A DNA stretch of 34,382 nt from a bacterium (GTDB lineage Bacteria; Zhuqueibacterota; Zhuqueibacteria; Oceanimicrobiales; Oceanimicrobiaceae), in assembly GCA_046757025.1 (NCBI GenBank), contig JBHHXN010000043.1, forward strand, positions 1 through 34,382, written 5' to 3'. This document shows positions 1 through 8,669 of the stretch, one piece after another. The notes beneath the pieces were generated by a model that searched no databases, was not told the DNA's origin, and worked only from the letters and a program-made list of their open reading frames with translations. Position 1 is the first letter of the stretch. Each line of letters opens with the position of its first letter. Position numbers and translations under genes: made by a program.

Positions 1-67
1 CTGTTGTTTTTACGTCATGCTTCGACTCCGCTCAGCATGAAGACGCTCGTTTTCGTTCAATCACTAA
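1..67. mobile_element. Right end of MITE-like element (copy A), truncated by window edge
   Basis: 49-67 GTTTTCGTTCAATCACTAA is the exact reverse complement of 6141-6159; interior TTGTTTTTACGTCATGCTT...CTCAGCATGAAG matches the interior of the copy at 30541-30698. Confidence 0.75.
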
Positions 68-192
68 TTATCACCCATTGCGCTTTTACAGGAACATTCA
101 AACTACCTTTTCAGTAAACAAAGTTAATTTGGATTGGGCATTTTACCATCGCTTAATTCAATTCATTCAAAGAACTATTTGGAGCACAAAAC

Positions 193-1182
193 GTGACAAA
201 TTTTTTAACAAAGTTGTTTGTTGTTGCCGGGGTACTCGTCATTTCCACAATCATCTTTTTGCTGATGTCGGAAAATCAGGCGCTAAAAGAAGATATTCTA
301 AATCGTTCTCTGCGGCTTTTGGGTGAGCAATTTATTTTGTTGGTGCCGGCACCGCAAGATAAATCAATGGTGTATAAAAAGTGGCAGGATTTTACAGAGA
401 AAGTCAGAAAGGGTCAAGTGCCAACCCAAAAAGTTGAGCGCGTGGCCGTGAGTATCTTAAATGCCAGCAATTTAAACAAAAACTTCTCCCGTGAAGATGC
501 GGAAACGATTTTGCAATTGGCGTTTAATGAATCGCCCATTATTCCACTGGAAGCATCTGCGCCGATAATCGTTCACAGCGCCAGTAGGACGGTAAACGGG
601 GAGCATAAAATGAACACGGCGGATGAATCGGATGCGAAAACCTCTACCGTAGTTATGAATCAATCGGATGGTAATCTTGAAATCCGACTCGAAAAGCTGG
701 GCGAGGAATTGGAAACCGTCTATGCCTTTAATCAAAAAGTCAAAGAATCGTGTGCCGCGGACACGAGTTATCGGCGCGTGTTCATGCAAAATATGCGCTA
801 TCAACTGGACGATGGCATTCGGATAAAAGCGGATGTCGTTTTGAAAAAGAAATTACAGAATGAAGGAACGCAAAAGCTATATGAACGACTGGCTGATTTG
901 GAGAAAAAAAAGCTCATCGAATGGGATGCCGATTTTTCCACCAAACTCATCTTACAGCGACAAAAAACCAGGTATAAATTGGATTCCTTAAAAATGTTGT
1001 TGAGTTTGCAGCAAATTCAGAATGGCGATACTTTGAAGATCACCATCAATGATCCTCAGACAGAAAAAACACTGCGTGCTCTTGAAAAATTACACGACTG
1101 GCACGTGATCAAAGCGGAAGAAATCGAAAAAATCGTCATGAAGAATTTACATAAAACCGACAAAAAATCTAATACCAATTGA
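193..1182 (+). CDS. Hypothetical protein with N-terminal membrane anchor, helical/charged remainder
   Basis: 329-aa ORF, GTG start, hydrophobic LFVVAGVLVISTIIFLLM; no family recognised. Confidence 0.75.
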   Translation: MTNFLTKLFVVAGVLVISTIIFLLMSENQALKEDILNRSLRLLGEQFILLVPAPQDKSMVYKKWQDFTEKVRKGQVPTQKVERVAVSILNASNLNKNFSREDAETILQLAFNESPIIPLEASAPIIVHSASRTVNGEHKMNTADESDAKTSTVVMNQSDGNLEIRLEKLGEELETVYAFNQKVKESCAADTSYRRVFMQNMRYQLDDGIRIKADVVLKKKLQNEGTQKLYERLADLEKKKLIEWDADFSTKLILQRQKTRYKLDSLKMLLSLQQIQNGDTLKITINDPQTEKTLRALEKLHDWHVIKAEEIEKIVMKNLHKTDKKSNTN

Positions 1183-1209
1183 AGCTTGCAGGCAAGTTAA
1201 CACCATTAT

Positions 1210-1235
1210 GTCATTTCTGTGAATGCCGAAATGAC
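1210..1235. repeat. REP-like palindrome
   Basis: GTCATTTC (1210-1217) / GAAATGAC (1228-1235) inverted repeat just after the upstream stop codon. Confidence 0.5.
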
Positions 1236-1307
1236 GGGCGCAGTCCGTGGCAGAAATGTTCTTAATTTTCTGTAAAACCTCACGAATGATGGGGGAGTCA
1301 ATCAATC

Positions 1308-1334
1308 TCGTTCCCAAATTTTATTTGGAAACGA
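1308..1334. repeat. REP-like palindrome
   Basis: TCGTTCCCAAAT / ATTTGGAAACGA, 11 of 12 pairs, 3-nt loop. Confidence 0.5.
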
Positions 1335-1383
1335 TTGGGTGTCCCACAATGACTGATCGTTTTACAATTTTCTCAAAAATTTC

Positions 1384-1412
1384 TTGACAATTAAACTCGT
1401 ATTAATTATATT
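1384..1412 (+). promoter_or_regulatory. sigma70 promoter of the aromatic supraoperon
   Basis: TTGACA (1384-1389), 17-nt spacer, TATATT (1407-1412); about 40 nt upstream of leader ATG. Confidence 0.85.
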
Positions 1413-1453
1413 GCCCACTTGTTAAAATTAAAACATCAAAACTAAATAAAATT

Positions 1454-1543
1454 ATGAACCGTATTCTTTCTACAAAGTATTATTGGCGTTATTGGTATTT
1501 TTTTAGCCATAGTGGGAAGAATACATCTGCAGGCCCGTCGTGA
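1454..1543 (+). CDS. Attenuator leader peptide MNRILSTKYYWRYWYFFSHSGKNTSAGPS (Tyr/Trp/Phe control codons)
   Basis: ATG 1454 to TGA 1541-1543; codons 9-17 encode YYWRYWYFF (8 of 9 aromatic); lies between promoter and terminator upstream of trpE. Confidence 0.9.
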   Translation: MNRILSTKYYWRYWYFFSHSGKNTSAGPS

Positions 1544-1584
1544 TAGAATAATATTCAATAACGCATTTGTGCTCAACCCACTAT
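1509..1584 (+). promoter_or_regulatory. Attenuator antiterminator hairpin
   Basis: ATAGTGGG (1509-1516) pairs with CCCACTAT (1577-1584), the 5' arm of the terminator; imperfect pairing continues in the same register between 1519-1530 and 1563-1574. Confidence 0.8.
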
Positions 1585-1614
1585 ACAAAAAACGTATAGT
1601 GGGTTTTTTATTTT
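1575..1614 (+). terminator. Intrinsic terminator (attenuator) upstream of trpE
   Basis: AACCCACTATAC-AAAAAAC-GTATAGTGGGTT perfect 12-bp stem running into TTTTATTTT; ends 13 nt before trpE ATG. Confidence 0.9.
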
Positions 1615-1627
1615 ATAGAGGAATTGA

Positions 1628-3103
1628 ATGTATTATCTACCATTTCGTGAATTTGAAGAGCTTTCGAAAAAGGGCAACGTCGTGCCCGTTTACGGTCGTT
1701 TTCTGGCTGATCTTTTGACACCGGTTTCGGCTTTTCTGCAACTGCAAACGGCTTCGAAGCGCGCCTTTTTACTGGAGAGCGTGGAAGGAGGCGAAAAAAC
1801 CGCCCGCTTTTCTTTTCTGGGTTGTCAACCGTTTTTGACGCTTCAGGCTGTGGAAACCGAAATTAAAATACAGCAAAATGGCCGGGTTGAAATGCTGCAG
1901 GGAGATATCTACGAATACCTGAAACAACTGTTTAGTAAATATCGGGCTGTGCACCCAGCCGAGTTGCCGCGCTTTATCGGCGGCGCCGTCGGTTATTTTG
2001 GTTACGAAACCGTGAAGCTGATTGAAAACCTCCCTGGAAACACGGTTACCCATTCTGACTGGCCCGATGCCTGTTTTATGCTTTTCGATTCGGTGCTGGC
2101 GTTTGACCATCTCACGCACCAAATCTACATCATCGCCAATGTCTTTCTGGAGGAGTCGTCCGATTCCCTACAAGCAAAATATGAAACCGCCCGAGCGAAA
2201 ATCGCTGAAATACAGAACATCCTTGTACGAGAAGCGGTAATTGAATCGCCCCCAAAATCGCCGAATTCAAAAGCCACTTCCAATTTCACTGAAGAGAGAT
2301 TTAAGCAAGCTGTGCTAAAGGCGAAAAAGTACATCGAGGCGGGCGACATTTTTCAGGTGGTGCTCTCGCAAAAATTTCAAAAAGAAATTCACGCTGCTCC
2401 GTTTGATATCTATCGTGCGCTGCGGGTGATCAATCCCTCGCCATATTTGTATTTTTTGCAGATGGATGATCTGTGCATTATCGGCTCGTCGCCGGAGCTT
2501 TTAGTGCGGGTGGAGGCCGGCGTCATCGACGTTCGGCCCATCGCCGGCACGCGCCCCCGCGGCCAGAATGAAGCCGAGGAGCAGCGGCTCATGCAGGATT
2601 TGCGTCACGATGAAAAGGAAACCGCCGAACATCTGATGCTGGTGGATCTCGGGCGCAATGACGTGGGCCGAGTCAGTGAGTATGGCTCGGTGGAAGTGAA
2701 TGAATTCATGAACATTGAAAAGTATTCGCACGTGATGCACCTGGTTTCCAATGTGCGCGGTAAAATGCTGGCCGGATACAGCGCCATCGATGTGCTGCGA
2801 GCCTGCTTTCCTGCGGGCACGGTCTCCGGTGCACCCAAAATCCGCGCTATGGAGATCATCAGCGAGCTGGAACCCGAGCGACGCGGCGTTTATGCTGGGG
2901 CATTGGGGTATCTCGATTTTTCTGGCAATTTAGATACGTGCATCGCCATCCGTACCATCATTACCTGTCATGGGCAGGCTTATTTTCAGGCTGGTGCCGG
3001 TATCGTCGCCGACTCGGCGCCGCAGAAAGAGTACCGCGAAACCATCCACAAAGCAGCTGCTTTGCAGGCCGCCATCGATTTTGCAGAAAGAGGTCTGGAA
3101 TGA
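1628..3103 (+). CDS. trpE: Anthranilate synthase component I
   Basis: LLES and NPSPY Trp-feedback motifs, PIAGTRPRG, EHLMLVDLGRND, PAGTVSGAPK; GAGGA RBS; first gene of trp cluster. Confidence 0.96.
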   Translation: MYYLPFREFEELSKKGNVVPVYGRFLADLLTPVSAFLQLQTASKRAFLLESVEGGEKTARFSFLGCQPFLTLQAVETEIKIQQNGRVEMLQGDIYEYLKQLFSKYRAVHPAELPRFIGGAVGYFGYETVKLIENLPGNTVTHSDWPDACFMLFDSVLAFDHLTHQIYIIANVFLEESSDSLQAKYETARAKIAEIQNILVREAVIESPPKSPNSKATSNFTEERFKQAVLKAKKYIEAGDIFQVVLSQKFQKEIHAAPFDIYRALRVINPSPYLYFLQMDDLCIIGSSPELLVRVEAGVIDVRPIAGTRPRGQNEAEEQRLMQDLRHDEKETAEHLMLVDLGRNDVGRVSEYGSVEVNEFMNIEKYSHVMHLVSNVRGKMLAGYSAIDVLRACFPAGTVSGAPKIRAMEIISELEPERRGVYAGALGYLDFSGNLDTCIAIRTIITCHGQAYFQAGAGIVADSAPQKEYRETIHKAAALQAAIDFAERGLE

Positions 3104-3705
3104 TTTTGATCATCGATAATTACGATTCGTTCACTTTCAACCTGGTGCAGTATTTAGGCGAGCTAAATGCAGAATTGCACGTGGTGCGCAATGACAAAAT
3201 CGATTTGGCGACGGTGAAACAGCTCAATCCTGCCGGCATGGTCATTTCGCCCGGACCGGGACGCCCGGAAAACGCCGGCATCTCGGTGGCGCTGATTCAG
3301 GAGCTGGCGCAGTTCATACCGATTCTGGGTGTGTGTCTGGGGCATCAAGCGCTGGCCGTGGCTTTTCATGGGCGAGTGGTACCGGCTCCGCTGCTGGTAC
3401 ACGGAAAGACTTCGAAGATTTATCATCAAAAGCAGGGAATTTTCAGCGGACTGGTAAACCCCTTTGTGGCCACGCGCTACCATTCGTTGGTGGTGGAGCG
3501 GGCTACCCTACCTGCAGAATGGCAGGTCACGGCTGAAACGGAGGATAAAATCATCATGGCCATACAGCACAGAACGTATCCTGCATTTGGAGTGCAATTT
3601 CATCCGGAGTCCATTCTAACCGTTGTTGGCAAAAAGCTACTGAAAAATTTTTTAGATATTTGTTCGAAATCAAAAGGAGCAAATGATGATTCAAGAAGCC
3701 ATTAA
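3100..3705 (+). CDS. trpG: Anthranilate synthase component II (glutamine amidotransferase)
   Basis: Start reassigned to ATG 3100 (ATGA overlap with trpE): MILIIDNYDSFT, SPGPG, GVCLGHQ, RYHSL, QFHPES. Confidence 0.95.
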   Translation: MILIIDNYDSFTFNLVQYLGELNAELHVVRNDKIDLATVKQLNPAGMVISPGPGRPENAGISVALIQELAQFIPILGVCLGHQALAVAFHGRVVPAPLLVHGKTSKIYHQKQGIFSGLVNPFVATRYHSLVVERATLPAEWQVTAETEDKIIMAIQHRTYPAFGVQFHPESILTVVGKKLLKNFLDICSKSKGANDDSRSH

Positions 3706-4705
3706 GACGGCGATTGCCGGCGAGAATTTATCCCGGCAACAGGCGCACGCAACTATGACCGCCATCATGCAAGGCGAAGCCACGCCGGCTCAAATCGCGG
3801 CGTTTTTGATCGCCGAAAAGCTGAAAGGAGAGACCTTTCAGGAGATCGCAGGCTTTGCTCAGGCCATGCGCGAGCAGGCGGCGCGGGTTGAAACCCGGCA
3901 CAAAAATGCCATCGACATGTGTGGCACGGGCGGCGATGGTTTGGGCACGTTCAACATCTCGACTGTGGCAGCCCTGGTCGTGGCTGCCGGCGGCGTACCC
4001 GTGGCCAAGCACGGCAACCGTTCGGTTTCCAGCAAAAGCGGCAGCGCCGACTTGCTGGAGGCGCTGGGGGTGAAAATCGACCTCAATGCCGAACAGGCAG
4101 GCGCCTGTCTGGAGGCGGTTGGGTTTGCATTTCTATTTGCACCAGTTTTGCATCCGGCCATGAAACATGCCACCGGACCGCGCAAGGAGATTGGCGTCCG
4201 AACCGTGTTTAACATTTTAGGACCGCTCACCAATCCCGCTGGGGTGAAACGACAAGTACTGGGGGTCTATGATGCGCAACTGGCGCACCTCATGGCCGAA
4301 GTGCTGCGCGAGTTAGCATCCGAGCATGTGCTGGTTATTCACAGCGAAGAGGGCATGGACGAGGTGTCCACGCAAAAGCCCACGCTGGTGGTGGAATTAA
4401 AACAGCAAAAAATCACTGAGCAAAAATTGCCGCCTGAAAATTTTGGCCGTTTCGAACAAAATAACGATGGCATCTTGGGCGGCTCACCGGCTGAAAATGC
4501 ACAAATTGCCTTGAATATTCTAAAAGGCGGCAAGAGTGCCGCCCGCGGCCTGGTGCTGGTCAACGCCGCCTGCGGATTTGTGGTGGGCGAAAAATGTAAG
4601 ACCTTTCTCGAAGGCACGGAGTTAGCCCGGCAGGCCATTGACTCGGGCGCCGCACTAGCCAAATTACAGGCACTCATTGAATTTACCAACGACGTCGCAT
4701 TATGA
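3683..4705 (+). CDS. trpD: Anthranilate phosphoribosyltransferase
   Basis: DMCGTGGDG, FNIST, KHGNRSVSSKSGSAD, RTVFNILGPL, GMDE. Confidence 0.96.
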   Translation: MMIQEAIKTAIAGENLSRQQAHATMTAIMQGEATPAQIAAFLIAEKLKGETFQEIAGFAQAMREQAARVETRHKNAIDMCGTGGDGLGTFNISTVAALVVAAGGVPVAKHGNRSVSSKSGSADLLEALGVKIDLNAEQAGACLEAVGFAFLFAPVLHPAMKHATGPRKEIGVRTVFNILGPLTNPAGVKRQVLGVYDAQLAHLMAEVLRELASEHVLVIHSEEGMDEVSTQKPTLVVELKQQKITEQKLPPENFGRFEQNNDGILGGSPAENAQIALNILKGGKSAARGLVLVNAACGFVVGEKCKTFLEGTELARQAIDSGAALAKLQALIEFTNDVAL

Positions 4706-5499
4706 AAACGATTTTAAATGAAATAGTCGGGCACAAAGCGGAAGAAATTCGTCTGCGCAAACAGAAAATGCCCGTTGCAGAGCTCTTAAGTTTGTGTCAC
4801 TATGTGCCTACGCCGCGTTCGTTCACAGCAGGATTGAAAGACGAGCCGACTGTTCAGGTGATCGCCGAAATAAAAAAAGCTTCTCCTTCGGCCGGGTTGA
4901 TTCGTACTGATTTCGTGCCGGAAGCGCTGGCAGAGGCTTACGAAAACAACGGCGCTCGTGCGGTCTCAATAATAACCGATGAAAAATATTTCCAGGGTAG
5001 TTTAAACCACATTCACTCGGTTCGTCAGGTGATCGAGCTGCCAATTTTGCGAAAAGACTTTATTCTAGATTCGTACCAGGTGGTGGAAGCACGGGCGTAT
5101 GGCGCTGACCTGGTGTTGTTGATTCTAAATTTACTGACGGATTCGCAATGCACGGATTTGGTGGACGCGGTACAGGAATTCCGCATGGAATTCCTGGTGG
5201 AGATTCATACACCAGCCGAGGTAGAGCGGGCAGTGAAAATGGGATTCAATTTGATCGGAATCAACAATCGCAATCTCGACACCTTTGAGGTGGATGTGGC
5301 AACCACTGATAAATTGCTGCAAGACCTCCCCCGGGAAATCACCGTGGTTTCGGAAAGCGGCATCAAAAACCGCCAGCATGTGCAGCGTTTGGGAGAATTG
5401 GGAGTTGATGCGGTGCTCATTGGAGAGACCCTCATGCGGCAAATTGATGTGGGAGCGGCGCTCACGCATTTTACAGGAGTCCCGAAATGGTCAAGATAA
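4702..5499 (+). CDS. trpC: Indole-3-glycerol phosphate synthase
   Basis: IAEIKKASPS, LRKDF, GINNRNL, VSESG, LIGE. Confidence 0.96.
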   Translation: MKTILNEIVGHKAEEIRLRKQKMPVAELLSLCHYVPTPRSFTAGLKDEPTVQVIAEIKKASPSAGLIRTDFVPEALAEAYENNGARAVSIITDEKYFQGSLNHIHSVRQVIELPILRKDFILDSYQVVEARAYGADLVLLILNLLTDSQCTDLVDAVQEFRMEFLVEIHTPAEVERAVKMGFNLIGINNRNLDTFEVDVATTDKLLQDLPREITVVSESGIKNRQHVQRLGELGVDAVLIGETLMRQIDVGAALTHFTGVPKWSR

Positions 5500-6113
5500 A
5501 AATCTGCGGCATCACCAATTATGAGGACGCACAAATGGCCTGCGCTCTGGGTGCCGATGCAATCGGATTTATTTTTTACCCGTCCAGTCCAAGATATATT
5601 CCACCGGCCGCCGCCAGCAAGATTATAAATAAATTACCGCCTTTTGTAACCAAAGTTGGGGTTTTTGTCAACATGCGTCTGAGCGAAGTGGAAGAGTTGG
5701 TTGTCACTTTAAACTTAAATTTAGTGCAGTTGCACGGCGAGGAGTCGCCTGAGTATTGCAGCCGGCTGGCCTTTCCTTGCCTGAAAGCGGTCCGGCTCCA
5801 GAAGGAATTCGACTTAGCACAGCTATCTCGGTTTAGGACAGCCGGGTTTCTGCTGGACACCTTTGATAATCAGCGTCTGGGCGGCACGGGAAAAACGTTT
5901 GATTGGAGCTTGGCCAGAAGAGCGGTCGGGTACGGACCCATCGTGCTCGCGGGTGGGCTTACAGCGGAAAATGTCGCACAGGCCATCCAAACCGCTGAGC
6001 CGTATGGTGTGGATGTTTGCAGCGGGGTGGAGGCCGCACCCGGCAAAAAGGATGCGCAAAAACTTGGTTTGTTCTTTGAAGAAATACGAAAGTACGAGCA
6101 AAATCATAAATAA
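5487..6113 (+). CDS. trpF: Phosphoribosylanthranilate isomerase
   Basis: KICGIT, SPR, QLHGEE, GGTGKTFDW, LAGGL, GVDVCSGVE. Confidence 0.96.
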   Translation: MVKIKICGITNYEDAQMACALGADAIGFIFYPSSPRYIPPAAASKIINKLPPFVTKVGVFVNMRLSEVEELVVTLNLNLVQLHGEESPEYCSRLAFPCLKAVRLQKEFDLAQLSRFRTAGFLLDTFDNQRLGGTGKTFDWSLARRAVGYGPIVLAGGLTAENVAQAIQTAEPYGVDVCSGVEAAPGKKDAQKLGLFFEEIRKYEQNHK

Positions 6114-6140
6114 TTGTGTTGATTGAATACTTATTCTTGA

Positions 6141-6300
6141 TTAGTGATTGAACGAAAACTCGAGAAATGCGCGATTTAAAAATCTCTTCGCGAATGAGTC
6201 CCTTCAACAAAGCTCAGGACAGGCCTCGCCGAGTCGAGTAGGAAATCACCCTCGGCAGGAGGCCTTCGGGAAGATTGGGTCGTTTTCGTTCAAACACTAA
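6141..6300. mobile_element. MITE-like element copy B (160 bp) between trpF and trpB
   Basis: Terminal inverted repeats TTAGTGATTGAACGAAAAC / GTTTTCGTTCAAACACTAA (18/19); interior aligns with reverse complement of 20236-20372. Confidence 0.8.
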
Positions 6301-6324
6301 TTATTTACTTTAATCGTTCAAATC

Positions 6325-7557
6325 ATGAAAAATCAACTTCACAAATTTTTACCCGATCGTAACGGCTATTTTGGAGAATACGGCGGCAAATTTATTCCAG
6401 AAATTCTGGTTCCGGCCGTCACCGAGTTGGAAGATGCTTACCAGCAATTATTCGAAGATGTGGATTTCCAAAAGGAGCTGCAAACGCTTTTGGCGCAGTA
6501 TTCTGGCCGGCCCACTCCGCTAACTTTTGCGGATCGTTTAAGCGGTCAGTTGAGTGGCGCCAAAATTTTTCTCAAACGCGAAGATCTGAATCATACCGGC
6601 GCGCATAAGATAAACAACGCCCTCGGCCAAATCCTTCTGGCGCGCTGGATGGGAAAAAAGCGTATCATCGCCGAAACCGGCGCCGGTCAACATGGTGTGG
6701 CAGTGGCCACAGTAGCGGCTAAATTTGGTATGCCCTGCCTGATTTACATGGGGGAAGAAGACATGCAACGGCAGAAGCTCAACGTATTTAGAATGGAACT
6801 CCTGGGAGCGCAGGTGGTGCAGGTGACCTCCGGCAGCCGCACCTTGAAAGACGCCATCAACGAAGCCATCCGGGATTGGGTCACCAACGTGTCGGACACC
6901 TTCTATTTGATTGGCTCGGTCGTAGGGCCGCACCCGTATCCGCGTATCGTGCGGGATTTTCAATCGGTTATCGGAAAGGAAACTCGCGAGCAATTCCTGC
7001 AACTGGCCGGGAAACTGCCGGAGCACATATTCGCGTGCGTGGGTGGCGGCAGCAATGCCATGGGGATGTTTTTTCCGTTTCTGGATGACCGCCCCGTAAA
7101 CCTGATTGGAGTTGAAGGCGGCGGTCACGGCGTGCCTTCTCAGCCCCATGCGGCGACGCTATGCGCCGGCCAACCCGGAGTCCTGCACGGCGCATTGACC
7201 TATTTGCTGCAAAACACCCACGGCCAGATCAAGCAGGCGCATTCTATTTCCGCCGGTCTGGATTACCCGGGCGTGGGCCCCGAACACAGTTTTTTGAAAG
7301 ACTCCGGCCGCGTGCAATACACGTCGGTTACGGACACAGAAGCTTTGCATGCGTTCTATTTGTTATCTAAAACCGAAGGCATCATTCCTGCTCTGGAAAG
7401 CGCCCACGCTCTGGCACAGGTCGTGAAAATGGCGCCGACGCTCTCAACTGAGGAAAGCATCGTCGTGTGCCTGTCCGGCAGAGGCGATAAAGATGTGGAG
7501 CTGGTAAAAGAGTTGGATGCAAAACATCCTGAATTGAACGTTTCATCAACCATTTAA
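6325..7557 (+). CDS. trpB: Tryptophan synthase beta chain
   Basis: [16 protein letters not shown] (PLP Lys), [36 protein letters not shown]. Confidence 0.98.
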   Translation: MKNQLHKFLPDRNGYFGEYGGKFIPEILVPAVTELEDAYQQLFEDVDFQKELQTLLAQYSGRPTPLTFADRLSGQLSGAKIFLKREDLNHTGAHKINNALGQILLARWMGKKRIIAETGAGQHGVAVATVAAKFGMPCLIYMGEEDMQRQKLNVFRMELLGAQVVQVTSGSRTLKDAINEAIRDWVTNVSDTFYLIGSVVGPHPYPRIVRDFQSVIGKETREQFLQLAGKLPEHIFACVGGGSNAMGMFFPFLDDRPVNLIGVEGGGHGVPSQPHAATLCAGQPGVLHGALTYLLQNTHGQIKQAHSISAGLDYPGVGPEHSFLKDSGRVQYTSVTDTEALHAFYLLSKTEGIIPALESAHALAQVVKMAPTLSTEESIVVCLSGRGDKDVELVKELDAKHPELNVSSTI

Positions 7558-7569
7558 TCAAACTCAAAA

Positions 7570-8370
7570 ATGAACAGACTGAAAAAGGTAATTCAAACGC
7601 AACTGCAGCAACGGCAAAAAGTGTTGTCGATTTACCTGACAGCGGGTTACCCAAAAATGGAGAGCGCCGTGGATTTAATTTGTACCGTGGCAGAAGCCGG
7701 CGCAGATTTTGTTGAGCTGGGGGCGCCGTTCTCCGATCCCCTGGCCGACGGACCCATCATTCAGCAGGCCTCGCAAACCGCGTTGGATAACGGCATGTCT
7801 CTCGCAGAGATTTTTTTGCAAGTAGAAAAAGTGCGGGAAAAAAGTGCCGTCCCCATCGTTTTGATGAGTTACTTAAATCCCTTATTATCCTATGGACTGA
7901 AAAATTTGATAAAGGTGGCCACCTCTGTGGGAATAGATGGATTCATCATTCCGGATCTCATTCCAGAAGAATTTACAAAATTCAAGGAGTCGTTTGCTAA
8001 TTCGGAACTGGGACTTAATTTTTTGATATCCCCGAACACACCGTCTGAACGCGTACGATGGATCGATAATTTGACCAGCGATTTCATTTATTGTGTCTCC
8101 GCTGTAGGCGTCACCGGCCCGAGGGGCGACATTTTTGGGGAGGTGGGTCCCTATTTAGACAGAGTGGCAAAATTAGTCAAGCACCCTTACTTTGTCGGGT
8201 TCGGGATTTCTTCTTCGGACGACGCACGCATGGTGGCGCCGCATTGTCACGGGGTGATTGTGGGCAGCGCTGTAATCGACATTATGGCAAAATGTTCTGA
8301 GCATGAAATCATGTTGAAGCAGGTGAAAACTTTCGTTAAAAACATTAAAAATGCAATAACTGGAGACTGA
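7570..8370 (+). CDS. trpA: Tryptophan synthase alpha chain
   Basis: ELGAPFSDPLADGPIIQ, GVTG, VGFGIS, GVIVGSA. Confidence 0.97.
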   Translation: MNRLKKVIQTQLQQRQKVLSIYLTAGYPKMESAVDLICTVAEAGADFVELGAPFSDPLADGPIIQQASQTALDNGMSLAEIFLQVEKVREKSAVPIVLMSYLNPLLSYGLKNLIKVATSVGIDGFIIPDLIPEEFTKFKESFANSELGLNFLISPNTPSERVRWIDNLTSDFIYCVSAVGVTGPRGDIFGEVGPYLDRVAKLVKHPYFVGFGISSSDDARMVAPHCHGVIVGSAVIDIMAKCSEHEIMLKQVKTFVKNIKNAITGD

Positions 8371-8371
8371 A

Positions 8372-8668
8372 ATGGATATTGAAGATTGGCGTACAAAAAT
8401 CGACGAAATCGATCTGAAATTGTTGAAGCTGCTCAATGAAAGAGCGCTTTATTCAATCGAAATCGGAAAAATCAAAAAACAGAAAGATCTGCCAATTTAT
8501 TCACCGGAAAGAGAAGTCGCCATAATCGCCAGGATGGTGCGCGAAAACAAAGGGCCGTTAGGCAATGACGGGGTGCGCAGATTGTTTGAAAGAATCATTG
8601 ATGAATCTCGCAAATTAGAGAAAGATTTTTTCTTGAAAAATAAAAATAATACAAAAAAGGAGAAATGA
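8372..8668 (+). CDS. Monofunctional chorismate mutase (AroQ class)
   Basis: WRTKIDEIDLKLLKLLNER, IGKIK, PERE, IIDESR pattern; 98 aa; operon context. Confidence 0.9.
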   Translation: MDIEDWRTKIDEIDLKLLKLLNERALYSIEIGKIKKQKDLPIYSPEREVAIIARMVRENKGPLGNDGVRRLFERIIDESRKLEKDFFLKNKNNTKKEK

Positions 8669-8669
8669 A

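Noticed and set aside
1413..1627. T-box or TRAP-type regulation
   Set aside because: No T-box consensus or regularly spaced (G/U)AG repeats seen; the leader peptide with alternative hairpins is sufficient.
1512..1718. 68-aa ORF overlapping the leader region
   Set aside because: Runs through the terminator and overlaps trpE out of frame; the 1454-1543 leader explains the region better.
2938..3099. N-terminal extension of trpG in the ORF track
   Set aside because: Lies inside trpE; family homology starts at ATG 3100.
6538..7149. 203-aa antisense ORF and other short overlapping ORFs in the track
   Set aside because: Shadow frames of conserved genes with no recognisable motifs.
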